DNA of 51,134 nucleotides from Chiloscyllium plagiosum (GCF_004010195.1 NC_057738.1:17888359-17939492), one strand, 5' to 3'; counted from the stretch's first letter, positions 1 through 29,900 are shown. The notes: generated by a model from the letters alone, not told the origin. A program made the numbers and translations.

Positions 1-303
1 TCATCCAAGTAAAAGGTTGTGAGGTTTCCTGCTTCAACTACCCTTCCAAGCATTACATTCTAGACCCCCACCACCCTCTGGATGAAATCTCCTGCCTTTC
101 ACTTTAAAATTGTGCTCCTTGTTATTGACCCTTTGGCTAAGGGGAACAGCTGCTTTCTATGCATCCTGTCCATGCTCTCAGAATCCTATTTACCTCCAAC
201 AGATTTCCCCTGAACTTATCTGCTCCAAAGAAAACAACTCTATCTTATCTGGTCTCCCTTCATAGCTGAAATGCTCCAAACAGGCATCATCCTGGTGAAT
301 CTC
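1..303 (-). mobile_element. CR1-type LINE 3' fragment, decayed
   Basis: Resembles the reverse complement of the CR1 ORF2 C-terminus seen elsewhere in the window. Confidence 0.6.
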
Positions 304-516
304 ATTTGTAACGATCCTGCAGTGTTAGCAATTCCTTCTGGCTGCTGACTGATGTGTTGTTTGGATTTCCAAACACAAGTAAAAACAAAAGATACACAGA
401 GTGAGAGACAATGGGAGACCTGCTGTTACTGTAATATACTATTATTTCAAAGCTATGTTTGGAAGGAAACTCTGCTCAATTCAGTTCTTGATTTTCCATT
501 ACTATTCTTGACTGAT

Positions 517-690
517 TTGGACTGGGGTGCACAAAGTCAAAAATCTCACAACACCAGGTTATTTTCCAACAGGTTTATTTGGAAGCACTAGCTTTTAGAA
601 CACTGATGAAGGAGCAGCACTCTGAAAGCTAGTGATTCCAAATAAACCTGTTAGTCTATAACCTGGTATTGTGTGTTTTTTTTAAACTTT
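517..690. mobile_element. Penelope-derived inverted-repeat element
   Basis: Arms caacaccaggttat...aacaggtttatttggaagcactagc and their reverse complement; same family at 30561..30718 and 40490..40585, where it follows a GIY-YIG remnant. Confidence 0.7.
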
Positions 691-1239
691 ATTCTTGACT
701 GGTTATTGTATAGCAACAGATTTTCTTCTGATCCAGTGGTGGTTAGGATACTATTCTTGCATTTTTAGCATTGTGGAACTCTGCTGCATTTGATGCAGGT
801 AACCTTTACCAGATTGGTAGCTCATTCTGTGATCTACGAGGTAATACTGCTGGCATACATTTTTATTCTACCCATTGGAATAATATTCATTTGTTGCAAT
901 ATGATAATGGACAATGAGAGCAGTATCACCCAACTGTATGAATGTATGGTTCAACTGAATAGCCGAGTAACATATCATTTTGAGCTAACTTTACTTAAAG
1001 GTTTCGGAAGCTACCCATTACCAAAGAATAGTGTAAATCTGGAACTCCCTTTTGCTCTTCTCTTCTCCCATTGGCTCACCACAAAAACAGGAAAAAACTA
1101 TGGCTCGGTCAATTGAAATGATCAAAATTGTGATTAATCGTATTTTCTTGGGTAAAGATATGGAGACATGCATAGTCAAACTGAGTAAATGTAATTGGTG
1201 TACAGGTTAATCATTATCTAATCAATGGCAAAACAGATT

Positions 1240-1660
1240 TGAGGGTATAGGGAGAGGGTGAATTGGCTGGGGCTGTTTTCCCTGCAGCGCCAGAGGCTGA
1301 GGGGTGATCTTAGAGGTTTATAAAATCATGAAAAGGGTGAACAGCCAAGATCTTTTCCCTGGAGTGGAGAAGTCCAGAACTACAGGGCATAGGTTTAGGA
1401 TCAGAAGGGAAAGATTTCCAAGGGGCCTAAGGGACAATGTTTTCACACAGAGCATGGTACATGTATGGAATGGAATACCAGAGGAAGCGGTGGAGGCTGG
1501 TACAATTACAGCATTTAAAAGGCATCAGGATGGATATATGAATAGGAAGGGTTGAGAGGGATGTGGGCCAAATGGGATGAGATTAATTTCAGATATCTGG
1601 TTGGCATGGATGAGTTGAACCGAAGGATCTGTTTTGGTGCTGTACATCTCTATGATTCTG
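1240..1660 (+). mobile_element. CR1 LINE 3' end
   Basis: ORF 1304..1555 EVYKIMK...LFP...RTTGHRFRIRRERF...FTQ.MVHVWNGIPEEAVEAGTITAFKRH.DGYM is the CR1 ORF2 C-terminus. Confidence 0.9.
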
Positions 1661-2577
1661 AATGCCAGTATTTGCTGGTTAAATACAGCATAGACTCATT
1701 TTGTATTTAGGCCAATATAATGGCACCAGTCATAACTACCACTGTAAAGTTTTCGCCTTAGGAGGTAGCATTAATAACATTTAGCAAAACTAAAACTAAA
1801 AACATACATACATTGAGTATCGGTTAAAGATTTTTTTCTTGTTGTCAATGAAGTCCACAATGCCCTGCCCACAATGCCCAAAAAGTTTCAAATTGATTAA
1901 ATTCCAAGGTCACCTGGACATGCACCAGACCTTGATACTGCATCAAATACTTGCAGCAGCTGTGCATTGGTCTCCTGGGTCTTCGAACCGATCCATGGGT
2001 GGGTGAGTTTTTACCAAGTCTAGGACCGATTTGTTATAGTGGATAGCCAGGAAAGTGGGCTGAGGCAGCAATCAGATTTGCCAGGCTTGAGGGCTAAAGA
2101 GCCTACTCCTGTACCTAATTCATAAGTTTACAGCTTTTTTCTAATCAATTTGCTTACAGATGCAATTATACACTTGTTTGTCTTATTTTATTAGCCATCC
2201 TTTTGGCTTTTAAATATTTTCCCACTCTTCTGGTCTACCACTAATTTTCCACACACCATACGCATTTTATTTCAATTTTATACTAACCTTAACTCTATTA
2301 GTTAGCCAAAGATTGTGCAGCCTTTGGTAGAGTTTTTCCTCTCAATGGAATTTGAAGACAGTCATGAAATATCTCCTGCTTCTCTTACTATTTAATTTTT
2401 AACCCATTTACCCAGTCCAGTTTAGCCAACTGTCTTCATTTTTGTATGATTGTCTTTATTTAAGTTTAAGACACTACTTGTAGACCTACATTTCTCAATC
2501 TCAAAAAGAAATAAATTTTTATCATGCTAAGATCAATCTTGCCTACATTATCCTTTACTGAGGTATTTCAATTAATT

Positions 2578-2776
2578 TAAAAATGTGTTGCTGGAAAAGC
2601 GCAGCAGGTCAGGCAGCATCCAAGGAGGAGAATCGACGTTTCGGGCATAAGCCCTTCTTCAGGAATCCTGAAACGTCGATTCTCCTGCTCCTTCGATACA
2701 GCCTGACCTGCTGCGCTTTTCCAGCAACACATTTTTCAGCTCTGATCTCCAGTATCTGCAGTCCTCACTTTCTCCT
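2578..2776. mobile_element. Penelope-derived short element with inverted arm and hammerhead-like core
   Basis: aaatgtgttgctggaaaagcgcagcaggtcaggc arm and its reverse complement; flanked by duplicated tatttcaattaatt. Confidence 0.8.
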
Positions 2777-3343
2777 ATTTCAATTAATTGCCTCATTATA
2801 ATATTTCCAGGTCTAAAAATAGTCTGCTCCAATGTTCCAGAACCTATTGTTCAAAGTAACTGTCTTTGAAACATTATGAATCATCCTTCAGGCTCTCTTT
2901 GCCAATTTGATTTGTTCAACTGATGTAAAGATTAATCCCAATGATTATTGCAATATCTTTCTTAACATACAGTGTCCTTTTATGTAGCTATTTATTGTGG
3001 TTGGGAGGGGTTGGTCTATAAGCCATTTCAACACTTTGATTTTTTGAACAAAGATCATTTCCTATTGTACAAATCCCATGCATTATTGAAAGGGAAAACC
3101 CAAATCCTTTTTCTTTACTCCTGCCTTCCAACATGTCAAATACTCATGAATATTCAAGTCTCAGCTTTGGTGAGGATGCAAATGCATCTACATAACAGCT
3201 ATCATATCAACTTTATTTATATTTGTTCTATCAATTTATCCATCTTTTTATGAAAACTGTGAGGATTCGATTAAAACTAAACATTTAGTTTAGTTACTGT
3301 TTTTGCCAGATTTAATCTTATTTATCATATAGTGTTGTTTATA

Positions 3344-3518
3344 CTGAGCAACCTCGATTACCCAAATATTCATTATCCGAATTTCAGATTATCCGAACAA
3401 GATCTCAAGGTCCCGGTGCTTGGGTAAATTGTATTATCCGAGCATTCAATCATTTGAACATTGGATTAACCAAAAAAAGTACTGACACCAGTGTTGTTCG
3501 GATAATCGAGATTGCCTG
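3344..3518. mobile_element. Tc1/mariner (Tigger/pogo-like) MITE
   Basis: Terminal inverted repeats gcaacctcgatta / taatcgagattgc, TA flanks, internal attatccgaa repeats. Confidence 0.7.
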
Positions 3519-4179
3519 TATACTATGTTCCTACTTGTCACACTCTCGTTCTTTTCGTCCTGAAATATTGCCTTGTCCCTCCTTTTTAACTTCCCAAATC
3601 TGCCCTTATATGACCCTCAGCCTTCACTATTCATCCAAAGTCCTCCCTACCAGTTATAGGTTTTGTCAGGACACAGATCTCAGCACACTTCAGGCAAAAG
3701 CTGTTTCAATAATACATATTTCCCCAGTATTAGTGGCAGCATGCCTACCATTGAAACTCATTTCTCCAACAACAATCTTTGATTAATGCTTTATTTACCT
3801 AATGCAAACTTTTTTGTGACCCAGGAAGCAATTTATCTTTGTGAGTTTGCTTGTGAAATTTACTCCTAGCCACTCATACTTCCTTTCTTAGTCTTTGTTA
3901 TGTTTTAAGCTTTTGACTAGTAATGACTTTCATTTTTATGAACTGCAAATCTCATGTCCGATGTGTTCTGTAACTGTAGATAGGAATGGGCTGTGTTATT
4001 AAGCCATGATTGAGAGGTCAGTGAACGCGGTTTCCACACTCCTTCAAGGTCAGAAATAGGAAAATAAACTACTTCAGTAACTTGTCTTCGGTTAAATGGT
4101 TGTAGAGTATTACAAGTATTCAAACATTTATGCCAATAGTGATATGCTTCCCCTGAACAATCAGATTGGGAACATTTCT

Positions 4180-6960
4180 TTTATTATTCACTCATGGGAT
4201 ATGAGCTTTGCTGGCTGAGCAAACATTTTTTTTTGCCCATCTATTATTGCCATTGAGAAGAGTGGTCAGCCTATTTGGTGTGTGTACATCCAAAATGCTG
4301 TAAGGGAATTCCACGATTTTGACTTAGCAACAATGAAGGAATGGCGATATATTTCAAAACCAGGCTGGTGGATGGTTTCCCATATACTTGCTGTTCTTGT
4401 CCTCCTAGATGGTAGTGGTCATGAGTTTGAAAGGTGCTATCTAAGGAGCCTTGGTGAGTTTATGCCTGTACCATCTAAGTGGTACACAATGTTGCTATTG
4501 AGGGTTGGAGGCAAAGGGAGTGAGTGTTTGTGGATGTGGTGTCAGTCAAGCATGTTGATTTGTCCTGGATGGTGTCAAGCTTCTTGCATTGGAGCTGTAC
4601 TTATCCAGGCAAGTGGGGAGTACTATATCACACTCCTGACTTGGACCTTGAAAATGGTGGACAGACTTTGGGAGTCAGGAGCAAGTTACTCACAACAAGA
4701 ATCTGAGCGTCTGATTTACTTTAGTAGCCAGAATTCGGTTTCCGGTAATACCATTGAATGTGAAGAAATAATAGTTCAGTTCTCTTATTGCAGATAGTTT
4801 TTGTCTGGTACTTGTGAGGCATGAATAATGTAACTTGCCACTTAAATGGGCTGCTTCACTACCTGCGAAGTCACGAATGATGCTGAATCTTATGCAACCA
4901 TTATTAAACAACCCACTTTTGGCTTTAAAATGAAGCGGATATAACTGATTAAGTAGCTGAAGAGAGTTGGACCTAGGACATTCTTCTGATGAACTCCTGC
5001 AGAGATGTACTGGAGCAGAGATGATGGACCTCCAACAAACAACTATCTTCCCATGTGTCAGGTATGACTCCAATTCATGGAGAGGTTTCCCCCAATTCTC
5101 ATTAACTACATTTTTGCTAGGGCTCCCTGATGCCTCATTCAGTCAAATGCAGCCTTGACATCAAAGGCAGTCACTCTCCCCTCATCTCTCAAATTCAATC
5201 CTTTTGTCCACATTTGAACCCAGACAATAATGAGGTCCCCGGCAGAACCCAGAATGAGTGTCAGTTAGCAGGTTATTGCTAAACAAGAGCTGCTTGATAG
5301 CACTGTTGTTGACCCTTTCTGATGACTGCAAATAGATCGATGGGGTCATAATTGGTTGGGTTGTTTGTGGCTGTTTTTGTGTGCAGAACATATCTGGGCA
5401 AGTTTCCACATTGTTGGGTAGATGCCTGTATTATCGCTGTAATGGAACAACTTGGCTAGCGTTGCAGCAAGTTCTGGAGCACAAGTTTTCAGGATTACTG
5501 TGGAATATTGTCAAGGCCCATAGCCTGTAGCCTTTGTTAATCTGTGGTTGCAGCCTTTTCTTGATAGCATGTAGAAAGAATCAAATTGACTTGCATTTGT
5601 GAAGTTGGAAACCTTCAGATGAGGCTGCAATGAATCATCCACTTAGCACTTCTGGCTGAAGATTGATGTGACTGCTTCAGCCTTATCTTTTGCACAAATG
5701 TGCTGGACGCTGCCATCATTAAGGATGGGAATACTTACAGACACTCTTCATCCAATAAGTTGACTGCAGAGCTTAGATGTGGCCTTTGGTTGTGAAATCA
5801 CATAGTTCTCTCTACTACTTACTACCTATGCTGTTTATCACATAAGCAGCCGTGTGTTGTAGCTTCATCAGTTTGACAACTTGTTTTTAGGTTTTCGTGT
5901 TTCTGCTCTCAAAGTGCCCTTCTGTTGTGTTAGTTGCACCAGAGTTGATCCACTGGCTTGATGGTCATGGTAGAGTGGAGTTATGCTGTGCCACAAGGTT
6001 ACAGGTTGTGTTGGAAGTACAATTCTATGGCTTCTGTTGGCATCTTGGATGTCCAATCTAGAGTTGCTAGATTTGTTTGAAGTCTATTCCATTTGGCATG
6101 GTGATAGTGCTTACATCATGATGAGAGTATGCTCAAAGTGAAGATGGGACTCTGTCTCCACAAGGACTAGGCAATCGTCATTCATACCTATACTGTCATA
6201 AACAATTCCATCTGAAGCGGGTAGATTGGTGAGGATGAGGTCAAGTATCTTTTTCCCTCTTATTAGTTCACTCAGATACAGTTGAGCAGCTAAGTCCTTT
6301 GGGACTGAATCAGCTCATTAGTACTGGCATTGCTGAGCCATTCTCAGTGATGGACATTGAAGTCACCATCTGAGCGAGTGCTTCCTTCAAGTGCTGTTAT
6401 TCATGAAGGGGTACTGATTCAATAACTAGCTGAGGGAAGGGAGGGTGATGTCAGTAGTGAGCAGGAACTTTTCTTGCCCATGTTTGATCTGATGGCATGA
6501 AATAGTCAATGTTGAAGACCCCCAGGGAACCTCCCTAAACTATAGGTCATCTGTGTTCACCTCTGTTGGATCTGGCAGGACAGAGACAGGGGTGGCGATT
6601 GGTTTGTCTTAGACATTGTAGCATACGATTCCATGAGTATGACAATACTTGCCTTTTACTTGACTAGCCTGAGACAGCTCTCCCAATTTTGGCACTAGTG
6701 CCCAAATGTTAACATGGAGGATTTTGTGGGGTCATAAGGGTATGTTTGCTGTTGTCATTTCCAATGCCTTAGTTAACACGAATTGGTCACCAGGTTCGTT
6801 CAATTTTTTTTTAAAAAGACTTTGTAACAATTGATACAATTAAGTGGCTTGTTTGGTTGGTTAGTAAATTTAAATTTTAACATCTGCTGTGGTGGGATTC
6901 AAATCCTGCTTCCAGAAAATTAACTGGGTCATTCATTTATAAGTCTAGTTACAATACCAG
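4180..6960 (-). mobile_element. Long decayed L2/CR1-clade LINE
   Basis: Minus-strand ORF fragments with RT-like text (MESYLTHGKIVVC..., NNLLTDTHSGF); related decayed copies at ~9170..10980, ~40985..41830 and ~45640..46260. Confidence 0.7.
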
Positions 6961-7165
6961 CAAGTCATTACCTTCCAAATCTGTACCCAAACAAAATATT
7001 AAACTCTTCAAGTATCACTCATATGCCAACTGCAGGGGAATGGACAAAGCCATTCAAATCAAAAATACGTAAGTACAGCATTGCAAAATATAGCCACGGC
7101 AACTGCATATGGCTACTATACTATAGGCAATTGATTGATTGACAGATATTGTCATACTGCACAGA

Positions 7166-7445
7166 AGATTAGATTCCCTACAGTGTGGAAACAGGCCATT
7201 TGGCCCAACAAGTCCACACTGACCCTCCGAAGAGTAATCCACCCAGAGCCATTTCCCTCTGACTAATGCACCTAACACTATGGATAAATTAGCATGGCTG
7301 ATTCACCTAACCAGCTTATCTTTGTGCGTGGGAGGAAACTGGAATCCCAAAGGAAACCCATGCAGACAGTCGCCCGAGGCTGGAATTGAACCCCTCTCTG
7401 ACTCTGTGAGACAGCAGCGCTAACCACTAAGCCACCATGCCACCC
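7166..7445 (-). mobile_element. tRNA-derived V-SINE (HE1-like)
   Basis: Pol III A/B-box head, V-domain gggtttcct...ccagtttcctccc, (aatct)n tail; target duplication cacagaaga. Confidence 0.85.
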
Positions 7446-7759
7446 CACAGAAGAGGCCCTTTCACCCATCAAGTCTATCTACACTGATCCCATTTTCCAG
7501 AATACGACCCATTCTTAAATATTATATTTCACATGCTCATCTGTTTATGTTCTAAAGGTTCAGAGGTTTCCTGCCTCTACTACCTTCCCAGGTAGTGCAA
7601 GCCAGATTCTCACCACCCCTGGATATGTAGATAAAAGATTCATCAATGCGCAGTTCGGTAAATGGCAGGATTTCTGAATGGACAGGTATGAGAATGGCAG
7701 TATCATTGGATGGACAGGTAGTTAGTTGACTACATTTCTGGATGGACACTTGGATAGAG

Positions 7760-7995
7760 ATGACTAGTAGTATAATTGCAATACTATGAATGTTCTGGGG
7801 ACCCAGGTTTGAATTCCATCATGGTATCTGGAATTAAGAATCTACTGTGACCATAAAACCATTACCAATTGTCAGAAAAACTCATCTGGCTCACCATTGT
7901 CTGTCAGGGAAGGAAATCTGCCATCCTCATCTGCTGTAGCCTACATGCAACTCCAGACCCACAGCAATATGGTCGATGCTCAACTGCCCTCTAAT
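7760..7995 (+). mobile_element. Decayed SINE (SacSINE1/DeuSINE-like)
   Basis: B-box-like ggtttgaattcc and core agggaaggaaatctgccatcct...actccagacccacagcaat; related minus-strand copy ~19590..19790. Confidence 0.6.
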
Positions 7996-8118
7996 ACAAA
8001 TGAATGGCTCACTGCACAGGTAGCAGACTGGATGGATACTAGGATAGACAGATGGATACCAGCATGAACAGATTCTATTCGCTCCCCGATATCTCTCCCT
8101 AATGTCACAGACTCTCAC

Positions 8119-8203
8119 CTAGACGACGCTGAAGCCCGAACGCCTGCAGCAAAGCACATTCAAACGTCGACCAGGACATCCGCAGCCGCTGCCACAACGC
8201 CAT
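8119..8203 (-). CDS. MRPL32: Probable exon 1 of mitochondrial ribosomal protein L32 (MALWQRLRMSWSTFECALLQAFGLQRRL-G); later exons lie left of the window
   Basis: ATG in cggtaATGG context, 28 codons of Arg/Leu-rich presequence-like peptide, phase-1 donor G|gtgaga; MRPL32 is the known head-to-head partner of PSMA2 in vertebrates. The call rests on synteny; the conserved L32 core was not found in 1..8118. Confidence 0.75.
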
Positions 8204-8523
8204 TACCGAGTAGGAGATAGAGCTGACAATGACCGACCACTGGCAGTTCAACCCAGTGCGCAGGCGCGTCAATCATACCGCCGGTGGATAGGTTGCAGCA
8301 TGTACACGTGACCGCGGCCGAACGCTCGAGCTGACTGTCCATCTTTTCTTTAAAAACACTACAGTTCCCAGAATCCCTTGCATGCGACTGAAGGTCGGAC
8401 TCCGGCGCTGTGCATGCCGGATATTATAGTTAGCAGTCCGTATTCCACCAAAGGTTAGCGGATATGACATAGTTTCGAGTAACCCTTCCACTCCCAGCAT
8501 TCCAAAGTGTGAGCGGCAGAAAG
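8204..8523. promoter_or_regulatory. Bidirectional CpG-rich promoter shared by PSMA2 and MRPL32
   Basis: CpG-rich stretch ~8120..8900 in CpG-poor DNA; divergent ATGs 320 bp apart; NRF-1-like TGCGCAGGCGCG 8257..8268, E-box CACGTG 8305..8310, YY1-type AAGATGGCGG 8521..8530. Confidence 0.9.
8358..8377 (+). promoter_or_regulatory. ZNF143/Staf (with THAP11) binding motif
   Basis: ACTACAGTTCCCAGAATCCC matches the ACTACAnnTCCCAnnATGC motif typical of vertebrate bidirectional promoters; second partial copy CTCCCAGCATTCC at 8491..8503. Confidence 0.8.
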
Positions 8524-26052
<17,529 letters not shown>

Positions 26053-26593
26053 CATTTATTGAAACTGATTTTTTTTAATATGGAAGAAATATTGGTCAAC
26101 CTCTGATTATAATTTGAAAACCTTTTTATTCCACTCTTCAGTTTTGGCAATGGTTAAACAGTCAATACAATGTAAAACTATGTTGCACAAGTACATCTGA
26201 TAAATCTTGTCTTAGAAATGAAAACCAATTTGTGCAGCTCTTGTCATTTAATATTTTTATGTGATGTCAATTAAGCAATTTGTCTTTTTAATGTCTGTAT
26301 TTGCTACAATTGCACATTTTTTCTCTCTTAATGAGGCTGCTGCTTTTAATTGCATGTCTGCTGACACGTTCTTTCTCATCATGGGATAAACATGTGAAAA
26401 GGGAAAGAAAAATGCCACACGATATTTATACTCAGTCGTTATCCACCTGTGAAAGGGTTTGTTAATCAATTTGACTGAAGTTAGTTCTACACTGCACCTG
26501 TCAAAATGGTGAGTGGAAGGAGGGAGAATTCCTAGGAGCCTTGTTTAATACACTTTGAATTGTTCTTCTGGTTCTGCATACCTAGAGTTAGGT

Positions 26594-26599
26594 AATAAA
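26594..26599 (+). terminator. Candidate PSMA2 polyadenylation signal
   Basis: AATAAA about 540 nt after the stop codon; usage not demonstrated. Confidence 0.4.
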
Positions 26600-28171
26600 T
26601 ACAGCAAAAATTGTGACATTACATCCAACTGGGTGTATGATGGTTAAATTCTGCAGTTTTAGTATACACTTTGTCATACTTGTATGATGCAGTTCCTTGG
26701 CATTTCAATCTGCTGTTAATTTCCCTTTCCAGATTCTTTCCTGAGTTGGAAGCAAGTTCCATTTTGCTTAGCTTCCTTTCAAGCTCATAATTGTCACTTT
26801 TCAATTTCTCCTTGGTGTACAAGTGTCATTTTGAATTTGGGAGTTCCAATATATTCATTCTGCTGTTAAATATAGCCATATACAAATTGTTACAAGGTCA
26901 AGGTTTATTTGTGTTGATTCATCTTCTCCCTTAAGTACGCATTCTTGTACGCTAATAGCTTTGTTAACTTTTATCAGCGAGAGTTTGTTAGTGGTCAGTA
27001 ATCAGCCAACAACTTTTTTTGAATGCCAAACAATGGTCATTCACCAAATGCACATTTCATGTTCACTATAAAGTACTTTAGTTCTTGCTTCATCGTGGTG
27101 CTGACAATGTGGTATTTAACTGGTTGTTCCAAATTTAGGTTTCACTAACACAAACAAACTAAAATCTGCATCCCTTTCAATGGATTTATAAGATAACGTA
27201 ATGCTATTTGAAGAGTAGGGAATTCTGTACAATTTCTTAGTTATTGTTTTATCCTTTAACCATCACAATTTTTAAAAAGTTAATTGTGGAACTGTGCTGT
27301 ACACAAATAGGTTGTTGGGTTGTCCATTTTACAATGAAAATACACTCCAGTACTTCATTGCCTGTAAATCTTTTGAAACGTCTTGAAGTAATGAACAGCG
27401 CTATATAAAAGTCGGCTCTTCCATCAATATTCAACTAGATTATCACTTTTGATCAAGCAGATTGATGGTGGGACCTGAGATGAATAAGGGTACATTTCAA
27501 CAAGTATTATTTTGTAATGAAACTTGAGTAAAACAAAAATTAAACCACCTGAATATATCAATTTTCCTCAATCCAGAAGGGCACTCGTTTCCAGTCTGAG
27601 TCTGCATCTCAAGATCTCCTAGCTGTAAAATTTGATCTTTGCCAGCTGTTGCTCCCTTCTCAACCCAGCCTTCAAATCCATGTGAACTAAGTTTGTTTTG
27701 GATATGTATGCATTTTGGCAGATGACAAATGCTTAATTACCTTGCTTGAGTAATTGTTACCTAATTTTACTAAAATTGTTAACTTATGGAAACCATAAGA
27801 CGGGAGACAATGAGGGAAAGGTGAGGCAATCATGACTATTTTGAAAGAAAGAATGAAAGCCATTCAGAGCAGTGTTAATCAGAAGCAGAGACACATTTCA
27901 GAGGAAGAGAACCTATTAGAAAAACTGCAATCATGCAGGAGACCAATCAATAAGTAAACATTGTAAGTGGCATAGACCATGCAGAGCCCTGATTAGAATT
28001 CTGCCCAGCTGATATGTTGTCAGCTATTTGAGCTTACACTTCATTTGTATAGTACAGTAAATTTGAACTACTTATATCCCAGTTAATGCCATTTCCTGTG
28101 TAATGAAGTAGGTAGTCTTATTAAATTCTACTGGACTGCTGTTTTTGAGTGGCTTGATTTATCTTGTAGAG

Positions 28172-28299
28172 GAGAAAGTGAGGTCTGCAGATGCTGGAGA
28201 TCAAAGTTGAAACTTTATTGCTGGAACAGCACAGCAGGTCAGGCAGCATCCAGGGAACAGGAGATTCGACGTTTCGGGCACAGGCCCTTCTTCAGGAAT
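28172..28299 (-). mobile_element. Penelope-derived short element
   Basis: Same family as 2578..2776; 11-bp duplication atcttgtagag at 28161..28171 and 28298..28308. Confidence 0.85.
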
Positions 28300-28301
28300 C
28301 T
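28262..28301 (-). ncRNA. Minimal type-I hammerhead ribozyme motif
   Basis: AGAUUC-CUGAAGA-A-GGGC(CUGU)GCCC-GAAAC-GUC-GAAUCU: complete CUGANGA/GAAA/UH core, helix I 6 bp, helix II 4 bp, palindromic ACGU helix III. Confidence 0.75.
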
Positions 28302-28421
28302 TGTAGAGCTCACTAGAGATTCTGGTGTCATCCTATCGATTTTCCCTTCACTATTTCATAGTGTTAAATCTGTTGTGAGAAAAATATTTGGACTTTATGC
28401 TTTTGCTAGTGATTTAACAGC

Positions 28422-28744
28422 TGAAAATGTGTTGCTGAAAAGCGCAGCAGGTCAGGCAGCATCCAGGGAACAGGAGAATCAACGTTTCGGGCATAAGCCC
28501 TTCCCTGGATGCTGCCTGACCTGCTGCGCTTTTCCAGCAACACATTTTCAGCTCTGATCTCCAGCATCTGCAGACCTCACCTTTCTCCTCAAAGATTTCA
28601 ACCTACTGTGAATCCTCTTACAAGGATGCCTTCCTTGAAGAAGCTCTCTTCCTCCCTCTACAAAATCCCTGGATGCTGCCTGACCGCTTTTCCAGCAACA
28701 CATTTTCAGCTCTGATCTCCAGCATCTGCAGACCTCACTTTTCC
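28422..28744. mobile_element. Penelope-derived compound insert (inverted arm plus tandem terminal repeats)
   Basis: One inverted arm then two direct copies of ccctggatgctgcctgacc...gacctcac; 16-bp duplication ctagtgatttaacagc at 28406..28421 and 28745..28760. Confidence 0.85.
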
Positions 28745-29339
28745 CTAGTGATTTAACAGCCAGTTTTACTAATTACCCACTCGAATCCACCCAGTTTTGA
28801 ACTATTGAAATGTCCACTTACCATCGCTCCTCTAGTGAGCATGACCTATATTTTTAAAGCTCATGAGCAGTCTATTGACTCACTTGAACTGGTGAGCTGT
28901 CTTGTGCTATATATACTGTTCTGTGATACGTCCATTTTGTTATGTACTTGCCCTCCCTGTTGTTTGTAATTTTGTGTTGCCAGAAAATAGCAACAATGTC
29001 TTGAAATTGTAGAATTATTAGTTCCTCTAGAGGTGGCTGGGCACTGATGATGGTGTGTGGAGGTGACCACCAATCGACTGTCCTTCTAACACCAAATTCA
29101 ATGTATTCCACTCCCATATCAGTTGCAGACAAAAAAACTGTATATCTCTTGACTAGTCAGATGAGAGCAAATATTTGTGACACAGAAAGGCTTTGTCCTT
29201 CTGGGAACATCTGAAGGAAACAGCAGCTGTTGTCCAACCCAAGAAGCAAACTTAACCAATCTTGCTGGATCTACATTGTGTACCGCTGCCACTTGTACTT
29301 GTCAGCAGAGACTTTGTACTTGTCTGGCATAGGTTTACA

Positions 29340-29900
29340 TCAGGTTGTCTTTTGGCAGGCTTAGCTGGTGGGTTTGTTCTCAGACATTTTATCACCATCC
29401 TAGGTAAAATCAGTGAGCCTCTGGTGAAGTGTTGGTGTTCTGTCCTGCTTGATATTTTTGTCTTGGTTTGTTGTGGATGGTATTTCCAGTTCTGTTTCTG
29501 AGACATTGGTAAATGGGGTCCAAATCTATATATTCGTTAATAGAGTTTCAGTTTGAATGCCAGGCATTTAGGAATTCCTGCACATCTTTTTGTTTGGTCT
29601 CTCCCAGTATGGATGTACTGTCCTAGTCAAACTGGTGTCCCTCTTCATCTGTGTGTATGGATACCAGTGACAGTTGGTCATGTCATTTGGTGGCTAGTTC
29701 ATGCTCATGTATCCTGGTGGCGAGTTTCCTGCAGTTTGTCCAATACAATGTTTTTGCAATCCTTGCAGGGTATTTTGCATATTATGTTCATTCTGTTGGC
29801 TATGGATTTGGGCTCCTTTAAATTCATCAGGGAATCCCTAGAAACCTGACATTTAAACCAGAACTGCATTTGCGAACATGTAGATTTAGACCCCATAATA
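29340..29900 (-). mobile_element. Penelope-like GIY-YIG fragment with inverted 5' piece
   Basis: Minus NIICKIPCKDCKNIVL; plus-strand 29825..29900 repeats the RE.LE...HVDLDPI segment in inverted orientation. Confidence 0.8.

Noticed and set aside
4282-5409. ORFs of 60-171 aa as host genes
   Set aside because: They lie within a decayed LINE and are antisense or broken RT frames.
1-8118. MRPL32 exons 2-3
   Set aside because: No minus-strand match to the conserved WMAAPK or CxxC segments was found by eye; the region is mostly repeats.
8160-8500. Minus-strand ORFs 8160..8342 and 8273..8500 as the MRPL32 start
   Set aside because: Both end in stops before the 8118 donor and are in other frames; ATG 8203 has the better context and a phase-1 donor.
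27832-27957. Plus-strand 41-codon ORF MTILKERMKAIQSSVNQKQRHISEEENLLEKLQSCRRPINK
   Set aside because: Short, no convincing acceptor or promoter, and explained by purine-rich composition.
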